The translations under genes and the position numbers were made by a program. From Candidatus Tenderia sp. (GTDB lineage Bacteria > Pseudomonadota > Gammaproteobacteria > Tenderiales > Tenderiaceae), in NCBI GenBank assembly GCA_031416075.1, contig JANOSY010000024.1:97669-161668 (forward strand): a DNA stretch of 64,000 nucleotides, read 5' to 3'. Numbering within the stretch: position 1 is the first letter of the stretch; each line of letters begins with the position of its first letter. Positions 41,376-52,306 of this stretch are shown piece by piece. The notes below the pieces were generated by a model. The model saw only the letters and a program-made list of their open reading frames with translations, had not been told where the DNA came from and searched no databases.

Positions 41376-42146
41376 ATGATCTTCAGCCAATGCAAAGCCC
41401 TCATCACCGGCGGTGCCTCCGGCCTCGGCCTCGCCGTGGCAAAACGCCTGCTCGACGCCGGTGGTGAAGTGGCCATACTCGACATCAAACCCGAGCAAAA
41501 TCGCGCCACCGTCGCCGCACTCGGCCCACGTGCACATTTCTTCGAAACCGACGTCTCATCAGAATCTCAAGTGGACAGTGCCGTCACCGCTGTCGCCTCA
41601 ACACTTGGTGAGATCACACTAACCGTCAATTGCGCCGGCATCGCCCCCAGCCGCCGCGTACTGGCCCGCGATGGTCTAATGAGTACCGCAGAGTTTGAAC
41701 ACACCATCCGCATCAATCTTGTCGGCACCTTTACCATCTGCCGCGCCGTTGCCAATATCATGCAGAACAACACCCCCCAAGGGCCGGATGGGGAACGTGG
41801 TGTCATCATCAACACCGCCTCCATCGCTGCCCTGGAAGGGCAAATTGGCCAGGCCGCCTACGCCGCATCCAAAGGCGGAGTGGTCAGCATGGCGCTGCCA
41901 CTGGCCCGCGAATTTTCCCGTATCGGTGTACGTGTCATGACGATTGCACCTGGCATTTTCGAAACGCCAATGTTCAATACCCTGCCCATTGAGGCCCGCG
42001 AGGCCCTCGCCGCCAATACCCCCTATCCCCACCGACTTGGACAACCCCATGAATTTGCGCAACTAGTACAGCATATTTATGAAAACCCCATGCTAAATGG
42101 CGAGGTAATCAGATTAGATGGGGCATTACGGATGCAACCAAAATAG
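41376..42146 (+). CDS. SDR, 3-hydroxyacyl-CoA dehydrogenase type II (HSD10-like)
   Basis: TGGASGLG, GQIGQAAYAASKGG and NPMLNGEVIRLDGALRM motifs. Confidence 0.92.
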   Translation: MIFSQCKALITGGASGLGLAVAKRLLDAGGEVAILDIKPEQNRATVAALGPRAHFFETDVSSESQVDSAVTAVASTLGEITLTVNCAGIAPSRRVLARDGLMSTAEFEHTIRINLVGTFTICRAVANIMQNNTPQGPDGERGVIINTASIAALEGQIGQAAYAASKGGVVSMALPLAREFSRIGVRVMTIAPGIFETPMFNTLPIEAREALAANTPYPHRLGQPHEFAQLVQHIYENPMLNGEVIRLDGALRMQPK

Positions 42147-42320
42147 AGACAGGGCCCACACTGCATTAACCCTATATCTACCCGCAATATATTCAATTTT
42201 ATTGCAACTAATTTACCACACAAAATATAAACAATTATTTAGGTGAAAATCTCTACAGGGAGCACTGTTAAAACCGATAGCATTTACACACTCCATACTA
42301 AAAATAAGGATGTATAAAAG

Positions 42321-42692
42321 ATGAGTACACATGAAAGACGCCGGCATGAAAGAAAGCGGGTTGCCGGTGAGATACTCGGTGAATTTCAAATCACTATCGA
42401 TGGTAAAACATACCCCATACTTGATATTAAAGATGTCTCCATCTCTGGCGTTGGTATTGCCTTCGCTCACAAGGTTGAGGCCAACACCAATATTCGCCTG
42501 AACTTTAATGCCGCCGATTTGAAACTGGCTATCAATGGCAGAGTCGCCTGGTGCATTGAGAACAGAGACCCCCTTCCTGATTTACCTGCGACTGATGCCT
42601 TTAACATGGGTATTGAGTTTGATGCAAGAACGGCTGATCATAACTGTCTGTTATTTATGGCTGTCAGAAAATACCTGAATGACTTTGAGTAA
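42321..42692 (+). CDS. Stand-alone PilZ-domain protein
   Basis: RRHER (RxxxR) and DVSISG (DxSxxG) motifs. Confidence 0.88.
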   Translation: MSTHERRRHERKRVAGEILGEFQITIDGKTYPILDIKDVSISGVGIAFAHKVEANTNIRLNFNAADLKLAINGRVAWCIENRDPLPDLPATDAFNMGIEFDARTADHNCLLFMAVRKYLNDFE

Positions 42693-42901
42693 CACCAACA
42701 GTCACGCAATACTGGGGCAGACAGACTCCGTTCAATCCTATTTGTTTTTGTCTATTCGAAAAGGTAGCAATATCAGCCGCTAAAAATGACTTGTCTCCAT
42801 TCATGGTTTTACAACTTTATTATGAATGAAATATCCAGTCAGTCACATCGCGATACAGTTAATTTACAATGTTTTTAATCCGTGATCATCACCCACCCTA
42901 A

Positions 42902-44194
42902 TCAGGGTGGTGGGGCCTCACACTCAGCCTCTTCAATCGCGAATTTATAATTCAATTCTGAATCCGGGCGCTGCAGATAATACCCTTGAATATAGTTAAT
43001 CCCTTTTTGCCACAGGAATGCCAGCGATGAAGCATCCTGGACAAACTGGGCAATCGTTTGGATTTTATTCTCTTTTGCATAGCGGGAAATACTATCTACC
43101 GCATATTGATTATCTCTATTCACTGAAAGCTCATGAATCAACTGCCCGGCAAGCTTAAGATAGTTAACACCAAGGTCAGCAGCCAATCTTTTATGGCTTT
43201 CTGTATCGTTCACACGGTCGATACAGATCATGCAGTTATTCATTTTAATTGCGCTCACCAAAGTAGTGATTCGCTGCTCATTCTTACACGCGGCATCAGC
43301 AGTGATTTCGAATACAAAACGGTGGGCTGGCAGCTTTGCATCATGAAGCTGCTCACTTAGCCAACGGATCAATTTACTGTCCTGCAATGTCTGGGTTGAA
43401 AGCTTTATAAAGAATCGCGTAGTTGGATCTTCTTTCAGTTTTGTTTTAATGGTTTTAATCGCATGTAAAATGACCCAGCGGTCGATGTCACTCATTCGTC
43501 CTGTTTTTTCGGCCACGCCAAGAAAAGCCCCCGGCGGTATCTCATTACCATCATCGTCCAGCATCCTCAGCAAGAGTTCATAATTTGCAGATGGCTCGGC
43601 ATTCAAATTGACAATTGGTTGATAGGCGCAAATGAATCGACCTGCTTCAAGTGCTTTGCTAATTTTTATGCTCCACAGGGATTCCTCTTCAGAAAGAGGC
43701 TCTAAAACAGCCGCAGCAACCGCAGGCATCTTCTTTTTGGGGCCATCAGAGGGTAACGATATTTCAGGGTCAGTCGAAAAATCGTCCTCCATACCTTCGA
43801 CTAAAGAAGAGGTCTCCTGCACCTTCCCCGGCTTTAAGACCAATCCCAATAATTTTAAATTTTGGCTTGATACGGCATCCTTTGCGCCTGCCGTTAGTGC
43901 CTCATAGCGAAGATTGTCGTCAACATTTTGGTTCACAACAACAACCGGGGTATGCGCCTGATGTTCATTTGTTATCGCCACAATCTGTGCCAATCCCATG
44001 GAATCTGGCAATGTATCCGCGGCCAACACAAAGTCCCACGGCTGCTTCTGGAGTTCAGCTTCTAAAATCTCCAAACTGGTGGCAAATTTACCTTTAGTGC
44101 TAAAACCGGCTTTTGTTACCGCTTGAGCAACGTTTTTGCCTACCTCTGCTGAGACAGCAACAATAAGAACTTTAATACTAATGGATGCAGTCAT
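42902..44194 (-). CDS. Pseudo-receiver + degenerate EAL protein (FimX-like)
   Basis: REC-like N-terminus without the usual acidic pocket; YQPIV, ELLLRM, PGAFL..AE and QGYY; the DDFGTG loop is replaced by DRVND. Confidence 0.85.
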   Translation of the reverse strand: MTASISIKVLIVAVSAEVGKNVAQAVTKAGFSTKGKFATSLEILEAELQKQPWDFVLAADTLPDSMGLAQIVAITNEHQAHTPVVVVNQNVDDNLRYEALTAGAKDAVSSQNLKLLGLVLKPGKVQETSSLVEGMEDDFSTDPEISLPSDGPKKKMPAVAAAVLEPLSEEESLWSIKISKALEAGRFICAYQPIVNLNAEPSANYELLLRMLDDDGNEIPPGAFLGVAEKTGRMSDIDRWVILHAIKTIKTKLKEDPTTRFFIKLSTQTLQDSKLIRWLSEQLHDAKLPAHRFVFEITADAACKNEQRITTLVSAIKMNNCMICIDRVNDTESHKRLAADLGVNYLKLAGQLIHELSVNRDNQYAVDSISRYAKENKIQTIAQFVQDASSLAFLWQKGINYIQGYYLQRPDSELNYKFAIEEAECEAPPP

Positions 44195-44353
44195 ATGGAT
44201 ATACTCCCCCTGTTTCAGAGTTTTGCTTAACCCTTATCATCGGTAGTTATGGCTAAAACGTGAGGTAAAGATTAATACCAGAATGACTTCAGAAGTAACC
44301 CCACACATACGATCTATAGTAGTAACCCCAACCTGATGCTAACGAGAGTGACT

Positions 44354-46306
<1,953 letters not shown>

Positions 46307-46377
46307 GTCTGCACACTGGCCACGCCCCCTAAAGTCAGCGTAGTATGTCAAACCCTTGTCGCCCCAGGAGAGAGAAG

Positions 46378-47364
46378 ATGAGTTTCCGCGCCTACCGTAT
46401 CCACAGTGATAACAATGCTACTCGTGCGGGATTAGAACGACTCTCGTTAAGTGACCTGAGCGCCGGCAATGTTGTCATCGAGGCCTCATGGTCAAGCGTA
46501 AACTATAAAGATGCACTGGCCGCAACAGGCCAAGGCAAAATTCTGCGCCACTCTCCATTAGTGGGCGGCATTGATGTGGCAGGGGTTGTAATTGACTCCA
46601 GCAGTGACGAATTCCTTGTGGGTGATGAAGTGTTGGTCACCGGTGCCGGATTGAGCGAAGTTTACGACGGCGGCTATTCCGAATATGTACGTGTCCACAG
46701 TGAGTGTGTGGTCGCACTGCCCAAAGGACTCAGCCCGTTTGAAGCAATGGTCATGGGCACCCCTGCCTTTACCGCCGCACTGGCCCTGCACCGCATGGAA
46801 GAAAATCGCCAAAACCCCAGCTACGGACCTATCGTTGTGACCGGTGCCACCGGGGGTGTTGGCATGTTGGCCGTCGATATATTTGCCACCCGCGGTTATG
46901 AAGTGGTAGCCCTCACCGGTAAAAAAGATCACTCCGCCCTACTCCAGCAGCTGGGTGCCAACCGGGTTCTGTTGCGTGACGAACTCACCATGGGCAAAGC
47001 AGCCCTGGAACAGGGTCTGTGGGGCGGTGCTGTTGACAGTGTTGGTGGCGACATCCTGGCCTGGCTCGCCCGCACCACCAAAGAGCGCGGCAATATCGCC
47101 TCAATCGGCCTGGTCGCTGGGGCCGAGTTACAAACATCCGTCTTACCATTTATATTACGCAGCATCAATCTGCTCGGTATCAGCTCTGCCAACTGCCCCG
47201 CTACCTTGCGGCGTAAGATCTGGAAGCGGCTAGGCAATGAACTCAAACCACAACACCTTGATAAAATCGTACACAGCGTCATCTCACTTGACGAGCTACC
47301 CCAGGCGTTTGAAACAATGCTGGCTGGCAAAAGCATTGGCAGAACTGTGGTGAAAATCGGATGA
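46378..47364 (+). CDS. AcuI/YhdH-family MDR oxidoreductase (acryloyl-CoA reductase-like)
   Basis: SSVNYKDALA, VTGATGGVG and PFILR motifs. Confidence 0.88.
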   Translation: MSFRAYRIHSDNNATRAGLERLSLSDLSAGNVVIEASWSSVNYKDALAATGQGKILRHSPLVGGIDVAGVVIDSSSDEFLVGDEVLVTGAGLSEVYDGGYSEYVRVHSECVVALPKGLSPFEAMVMGTPAFTAALALHRMEENRQNPSYGPIVVTGATGGVGMLAVDIFATRGYEVVALTGKKDHSALLQQLGANRVLLRDELTMGKAALEQGLWGGAVDSVGGDILAWLARTTKERGNIASIGLVAGAELQTSVLPFILRSINLLGISSANCPATLRRKIWKRLGNELKPQHLDKIVHSVISLDELPQAFETMLAGKSIGRTVVKIG

Positions 47365-47930
47365 TTAAACGCTTTATTAGACCTGCAGCCCTCTGCACCC
47401 TGCTATTAACCATCTCGCTACCCGGCCAGGCCGCCACCAAAGGTGGCTATCTTGCCGTACATCACGAACAACGTGATGATAGTCGCGCGTCTGGCATCTC
47501 ATTCACGGCTTACAATAAAGGTTTTGGACTGGGGGTCAGCGCAAACAAAATCACCTCCTCCAAACCGCTGGAAATTGATAACAGAGACACCCTCTACCCA
47601 GTCTATGCCTTTGCCAAGTTATCGCTGCCAGCGACGCTCTCCCCGTACGTGGAGATCGGCATCGATCTTGGTGACTACCTGGTGCATGAGATCGGCAAGG
47701 GCTCTGAGGCCAATACCAACGCCAACATAGAACAGAGTTCCGACCCCATCGATATTTACGGAGCCGTTGGCATCAAAACCTCTATGCGCCGTGCCCCCAT
47801 CGACTTCTCACTCTATTTAAAAAGTTACGCCATTGTTTTTAACAACTCAAACATCAACCAATATGGCGAACAACTTAGAGAAGGATCGGTCATCACCATG
47901 GGTGGTGCCAATATTATTGTAAACTTCTAG
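47361..47930 (+). CDS. Hypothetical exported protein, possible small outer-membrane beta-barrel
   Basis: Signal peptide, alternating beta-strand pattern (SPYVEIGID), C-terminal Phe; ATGA overlap with the upstream gene. Confidence 0.65.
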   Translation: MIKRFIRPAALCTLLLTISLPGQAATKGGYLAVHHEQRDDSRASGISFTAYNKGFGLGVSANKITSSKPLEIDNRDTLYPVYAFAKLSLPATLSPYVEIGIDLGDYLVHEIGKGSEANTNANIEQSSDPIDIYGAVGIKTSMRRAPIDFSLYLKSYAIVFNNSNINQYGEQLREGSVITMGGANIIVNF

Positions 47931-47966
47931 CTCAGATAATACCGGGCAGACACGAAAGTGCGGATG

Positions 47967-47996
47967 AAAAAAAGGCCCGCATATGCTGCGGGCCTT
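47967..47996 (-). terminator. Intrinsic terminator of the tRNA operon
   Basis: Minus strand AAGGCCCGCA-GCATA-TGCGGGCC followed by a T7 tract. Confidence 0.85.
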
Positions 47997-48005
47997 GGTA
48001 CTAAA

Positions 48006-48081
48006 TGGCGTCCCCACGGGGGTTCGAACCCCGGTTACCGCCGTGAAAGGGCGATGTCCTAGGCCTCTAGACGATGGGGAC
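48006..48081 (-). tRNA. tRNA-Glu(TTC), copy 2
   Basis: GTCCCCATCGTCTAGAGGCCTAGGACATCGCCC-TTTCAC-GGCGGTAACCGGGGTTCGAACCCCCGTGGGGACG-CCA; 76 nt. Confidence 0.98.
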
Positions 48082-48204
48082 ACACAAACTTTAAAAACCT
48101 TGTGTATCACTGAATCTACTTCGGCAAATTGGCCTAAAAATACAGCGCCGAAGAGTTTTATTTTAAATAAGGCCCACACTTTCACGGTGGGCCTTGGTAC
48201 TAAA

Positions 48205-48280
48205 TGGCGTCCCCACGGGGGTTCGAACCCCGGTTACCGCCGTGAAAGGGCGATGTCCTAGGCCTCTAGACGATGGGGAC
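48205..48280 (-). tRNA. tRNA-Glu(TTC), copy 1
   Basis: Identical 76-nt sequence to copy 2. Confidence 0.98.
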
Positions 48281-48305
48281 ACGCAAACTTTTAAAACCAA
48301 AAATT

Positions 48306-48381
<76 letters not shown>

Positions 48382-48400
48382 GTGTCTAAACGAGATGCGC

Positions 48401-48429
48401 ATTTTAAGCGTGACTCACCACCTCGTCAA
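48401..48429 (-). promoter_or_regulatory. Sigma70 promoter of the tRNA operon
   Basis: TTGACG-17 nt-TAAAAT followed by a GC-rich discriminator GCGC. Confidence 0.85.
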
Positions 48430-48473
48430 GCAACAATTACAACCCCTCCCATAATTCTCACGCTACCCCTTTA

Positions 48474-50165
48474 TCAGCCACCCTTTTGTTCGATCTTGGC
48501 CCAGGTGTCACGTAGCGTCACGGTGCGATTAAAGACGACCCTACCATTACCGTGATCAAGGTCGGCACAAAAGTAGGCCTGACGTTCAAACTGATAACTG
48601 TCCCCCGGCTGGGCATCAACCAGACTTGGCTCAACCACACAGTGTATCAATGTGTGCAGGGAGTCAGGGCTCAGGTAGTCAGTAAACGCCTTATCCTCTT
48701 TATTGGCCATCGCATCAGGCGCAGCCACCGCAAAGAGACGGTCGTAGAGCCGCACTTCAGCCACAACGCCGTGACGCGCCGAGACCCAGTGGATCACACC
48801 TCGCGGCTTGATACCTTCTGGGTTACTGCCGATAGAGCCAGGAATATAACTACAGTGGATTTCAAGAATATTATCGAAATCATCCTTGACCACCTCGTCA
48901 CACTGAACGATATAGGCATTGCGCAACCGCACGCAATCACCCTTCACCAGCCGCTTATATTTCTTGCCCGCCTCTTCGAGAAAATCCTCTTGCTCGATAT
49001 AGATCTCGTTACAAAAAGGTACCAGACGTGTGCCCATGGATTCATCCTGGGGATGGTTGGGTAACGTTAACTGCTCCACCTGATCGGCAGGATAGTTAGT
49101 GATCACCACCTTGAGTGGATCAAGCACTGCCATGCGGCGTGGCGCAACAATATTCAGATCGTCGCGTACACAGTTCTCCAGCAGCTCCATCTCCACCGTG
49201 CCTTCGCTCTTGGTCACGCCGATACGCTGACAAAAAAGACGCATCGCAGCAGCGGTGTAACCACGACGACGGATACCCGCCAACGTTGGCATGCGTGGAT
49301 CATCCCAGCCATTCACAAACCCCTCACTCACCAGCTGAGTGAGTTTACGTTTACTCATCACGGTGTATTCAAGATTGAGGCGTGAGAATTCAATCTGCTG
49401 TGGATGGCAACCAACAGAGGTATTGTCGAGCACCCAATCGTAGAAGGGGCGATGGTCCTCAAACTCCAAAGTACAAAGTGAGTGGGTGATCCCCTCGATC
49501 GCATCACTTATGGGATGGGTATAGTCATACATCGGGTAGATACACCACTCAGCGCCGGTCTGATGGTGAATGACGCCATGACGAATACGGTAGAGCACCG
49601 GATCGCGCATGTTGATATTGGGAGAACTCATGTCGATCTTGGCACGCAGTACCTTGGTGCCATCCTCAAACTCACCACCCTTCATGCGTTCAAACAGATC
49701 AAGGCTCTCTTCAACAGAACGGCCCCGATACGGACTGTCCTTGCCTGGCTCCTTCAAGGTGCCGCGATACTCACGGGTCTGCTCGGCGTTAAGCTCACAG
49801 ACGTAGGCCTTGCCATTTTTAATCAGTTCTAGCGCAAATTCATACAGGTTCTGAAAATAGTTGGAGGCGTAATAGAGCCTGTCATCCCAGCTGTAACCGA
49901 GCCACTTCACATCACGCTGGATCGCCTCGACAAACTCCATGTTCTCCTTGCCGGGGTTGGTATCATCGAAACGCAGATTGCAGCTGCCGTTGTAATCCTC
50001 AGCGATGCCGAAGTTAAGCACAATCGATTTGGCATGGCCGATGTGCAGATAGCCGTTAGGTTCGGGCGGAAAGCGCGTCACTACGTTGGTACGCTTGCCA
50101 CTGCGCAGATCTTCATCAATGATCTGGCGAATGAAATTGGTTAGAGTATTGGGTGTTTCGCTCAT
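48474..50165 (-). CDS. glnS: Glutamine--tRNA ligase
   Basis: [24 protein letters not shown] and GWDDPRMPT motifs. Confidence 0.97.
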   Translation of the reverse strand: MSETPNTLTNFIRQIIDEDLRSGKRTNVVTRFPPEPNGYLHIGHAKSIVLNFGIAEDYNGSCNLRFDDTNPGKENMEFVEAIQRDVKWLGYSWDDRLYYASNYFQNLYEFALELIKNGKAYVCELNAEQTREYRGTLKEPGKDSPYRGRSVEESLDLFERMKGGEFEDGTKVLRAKIDMSSPNINMRDPVLYRIRHGVIHHQTGAEWCIYPMYDYTHPISDAIEGITHSLCTLEFEDHRPFYDWVLDNTSVGCHPQQIEFSRLNLEYTVMSKRKLTQLVSEGFVNGWDDPRMPTLAGIRRRGYTAAAMRLFCQRIGVTKSEGTVEMELLENCVRDDLNIVAPRRMAVLDPLKVVITNYPADQVEQLTLPNHPQDESMGTRLVPFCNEIYIEQEDFLEEAGKKYKRLVKGDCVRLRNAYIVQCDEVVKDDFDNILEIHCSYIPGSIGSNPEGIKPRGVIHWVSARHGVVAEVRLYDRLFAVAAPDAMANKEDKAFTDYLSPDSLHTLIHCVVEPSLVDAQPGDSYQFERQAYFCADLDHGNGRVVFNRTVTLRDTWAKIEQKGG

Positions 50166-50184
50166 CCTGAAATTTCCTATATAT

Positions 50185-50282
50185 GTAGCCCGGAGAGCCT
50201 GCCCCGCGAAGCGCTTTGGGCATGTAACAAAATGTAATCCGGGGAGACAGTCCCGGATTTCGCTACGCTACATCCGGGCTAC
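50185..50282. repeat. Inverted GTAG-type REP doublet (REPIN); left arm interrupted by a 28-nt insert
   Basis: GTAGCCCGGA[28 nt]TGTAACAAAATGTAATCCGGG versus the right-arm reverse complement GTAGCCCGGATGTAGCGTAGCGAAATCCGGG. Both arms are 31 nt once the insert is removed. Confidence 0.85.
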
Positions 50283-50290
50283 CTTAATTT

Positions 50291-51694
50291 TTATATTGAA
50301 GCGTTGATAAACTCAATCGCCTTATCAAAACGGCGCAAGGTGGCCTCTTGACCGACCAATTGGATCACCAGATCGAGATCGGGGGATGGCGCGCCAGCAG
50401 TGATGGCAAGACGCGCTGGCATACCGACCTTACCAAAGCCAACACCCAACTGGTCCACCACCTGTTGCAACGCTGCATGAATCGCCTCACGGCACCACTC
50501 ATCCATAACGGCCAGCACCTCACGCAGTTTGGTCAGCGCCACTACCGCCTCGGCATTAAAGGCTTTTTTGGCCGCCTTCTCGTCATACGTTTCTGGATCG
50601 CGGTAGTAAAACTCACACACCTTGGCCAGATCAACCAGAGTTTTAGCCTTTTCACGCTGTGCCTTGATCACTTCGATGATGTCGGGACCGGTAGTGGGAT
50701 CAATCGCCAACGTTCCCAGATGGCAACTTAAGTGGCGGGCCACATGGGCCGGATCGCTGTTCATGATGTACTGGTGGTTAATCCAGAGCAGTTTTTCAGG
50801 ATTAAAGGTCGAGGCGGCACGGTTACACCCATCCAGCGAGAAGAGTTCAATCATCTCATCGAGGGAAAAAATCTCCTGATCACCATGCGACCACCCTTGT
50901 CGTACCAGATAGTTAAGCAGCGCCTCAGGCAGGAACCCCTCTTCACGATACTGCATCACACTCACCGCACCGTGGCGTTTGGAGAGGCGCTGGCCGTCGC
51001 CGCCAAGGATCATCGGCAGGTGGGCGTACTTGGGCGGCTCAATCCCCATCGCCTTGAGCATGTTGATCTGGCGTGGGGTGTTGTTGATATGGTCATCACC
51101 ACGGATGACATAATCAATGCCCATGTCGGCATCGTCCACCACCACGCAGAAGTTATAAGTGGGGGTACCGTCAGAACGGGCGATGATCAGGTCATCCAGC
51201 TCCTGATTACTGATGACGATCTCTCCCTTTACAAGATCATCGATCACCACATCGCCATCAATAGGATTTTTGAAACGCACCACTGGCTCCACACCGGGGC
51301 GCGGCGCGCTGCTATGGCGGCAACGACCGTCGTAACGTGGCTTCTCTTTATTGGTCATCTGCTGTTCACGCATCGCATCCAGCTCCTCACGCGAACAGTA
51401 GCAGTGGTAGGCGTGGCCCTGCTCAAGCAGCTGCTGGATCACCTCTTTATAGCGATCAAAACGTTTGGTTTGATAAAACGGACCTTCGTCATACTCCAGC
51501 CCCAGCCAGGTCATGCCCTCCAGGATCGCATTGACCGACTCGGTACTAGAGCGCTCCAGGTCGGTATCCTCAATCCGCAGCACAAAACGGCCGCCATGTT
51601 TGCGCGCATAGAGCCAGGAGAAGAGCGCTGTGCGGGCGCCACCAATGTGCAGATAGCCCGTTGGGCTGGGGGCAAAGCGGGTACGTACCGTCAT
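50291..51694 (-). CDS. gltX: Glutamate--tRNA ligase
   Basis: [20 protein letters not shown] and LSKRHGA motifs. Confidence 0.97.
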   Translation of the reverse strand: MTVRTRFAPSPTGYLHIGGARTALFSWLYARKHGGRFVLRIEDTDLERSSTESVNAILEGMTWLGLEYDEGPFYQTKRFDRYKEVIQQLLEQGHAYHCYCSREELDAMREQQMTNKEKPRYDGRCRHSSAPRPGVEPVVRFKNPIDGDVVIDDLVKGEIVISNQELDDLIIARSDGTPTYNFCVVVDDADMGIDYVIRGDDHINNTPRQINMLKAMGIEPPKYAHLPMILGGDGQRLSKRHGAVSVMQYREEGFLPEALLNYLVRQGWSHGDQEIFSLDEMIELFSLDGCNRAASTFNPEKLLWINHQYIMNSDPAHVARHLSCHLGTLAIDPTTGPDIIEVIKAQREKAKTLVDLAKVCEFYYRDPETYDEKAAKKAFNAEAVVALTKLREVLAVMDEWCREAIHAALQQVVDQLGVGFGKVGMPARLAITAGAPSPDLDLVIQLVGQEATLRRFDKAIEFINASI

Positions 51695-51890
51695 CTCAAT
51701 CCTTTAAATCATGGCTGAACTTCATAGTTGGAGAGGCCAAGAGGGCTATTCTAGCAAACCCACCGCATAAGGGATGTTTTATGCAACGAAGGTTCGATTG
51801 CAACCACCACAAACCTATAAACACTATACAAAGAGAGTTCGCCCAGACAGGGGGCAAAGATAGACGATCTTGGAATAGAAACTACTGCGG

Positions 51891-52206
51891 AAAAAACCAG
51901 GCGACTCGAGTCCAAATTAAGCCGCCACGTCAATTGGTTGACCTACACCATCCAGTGGCTCATGGATACTTCTCCCACTTCAACCACTTTAGAGAAGACC
52001 ACCAACGATGGTCGATTTCACAATTATTATTATTTTTAGTGTGCCATCCATGGCGTCCTCCCCAGGACTAATACCGGCATTCTTAGTCTGAAATCACTTC
52101 AGACGTTTCCCTCCCCAGAGATATGCCGGCCCCCCTCCAGATACTTCAATGCGATACAGAATCACATTATAAAACAGCCGTTTGTTTCTGGCTGAGGCCA
52201 AATACT
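51891..52206 (-). ncRNA. Candidate structured small RNA or small-ORF mRNA between addA and gltX
   Basis: Upstream promoter match, about nine consecutive predicted hairpins, and a terminal stem followed by TGGTTTTTT. No known RNA family recognised. Confidence 0.45.
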
Positions 52207-52212
52207 GTAAGC

Positions 52213-52240
52213 ATTATACCTTTGCAAAACATTGACGCAA
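52213..52240 (-). promoter_or_regulatory. Sigma70-like promoter
   Basis: TTGCGT-16 nt-TATAAT on the minus strand. Confidence 0.6.
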
Positions 52241-52306
52241 GCATTGATATTCCCCAAATTCAAAAATATCAGAGGCCATCCGCCCAGATCGCAACCACGG
52301 CAAACT

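Noticed and set aside
42712-42800. Possible degenerate repeat between PilZ and the EAL gene
   Set aside because: The ends are too divergent to define an element.
52206-52226. GacA-box-like TGTAAG...CTTTGCA
   Set aside because: Spacing and right half do not fit TGTAAG-N6-CTTACA, and it overlaps the -10 hexamer.
51700-52240. T-box or attenuator leader for gltX-glnS
   Set aside because: No T-box consensus or Glu/Gln control codons, and gltX has a nearer extended -10 candidate.
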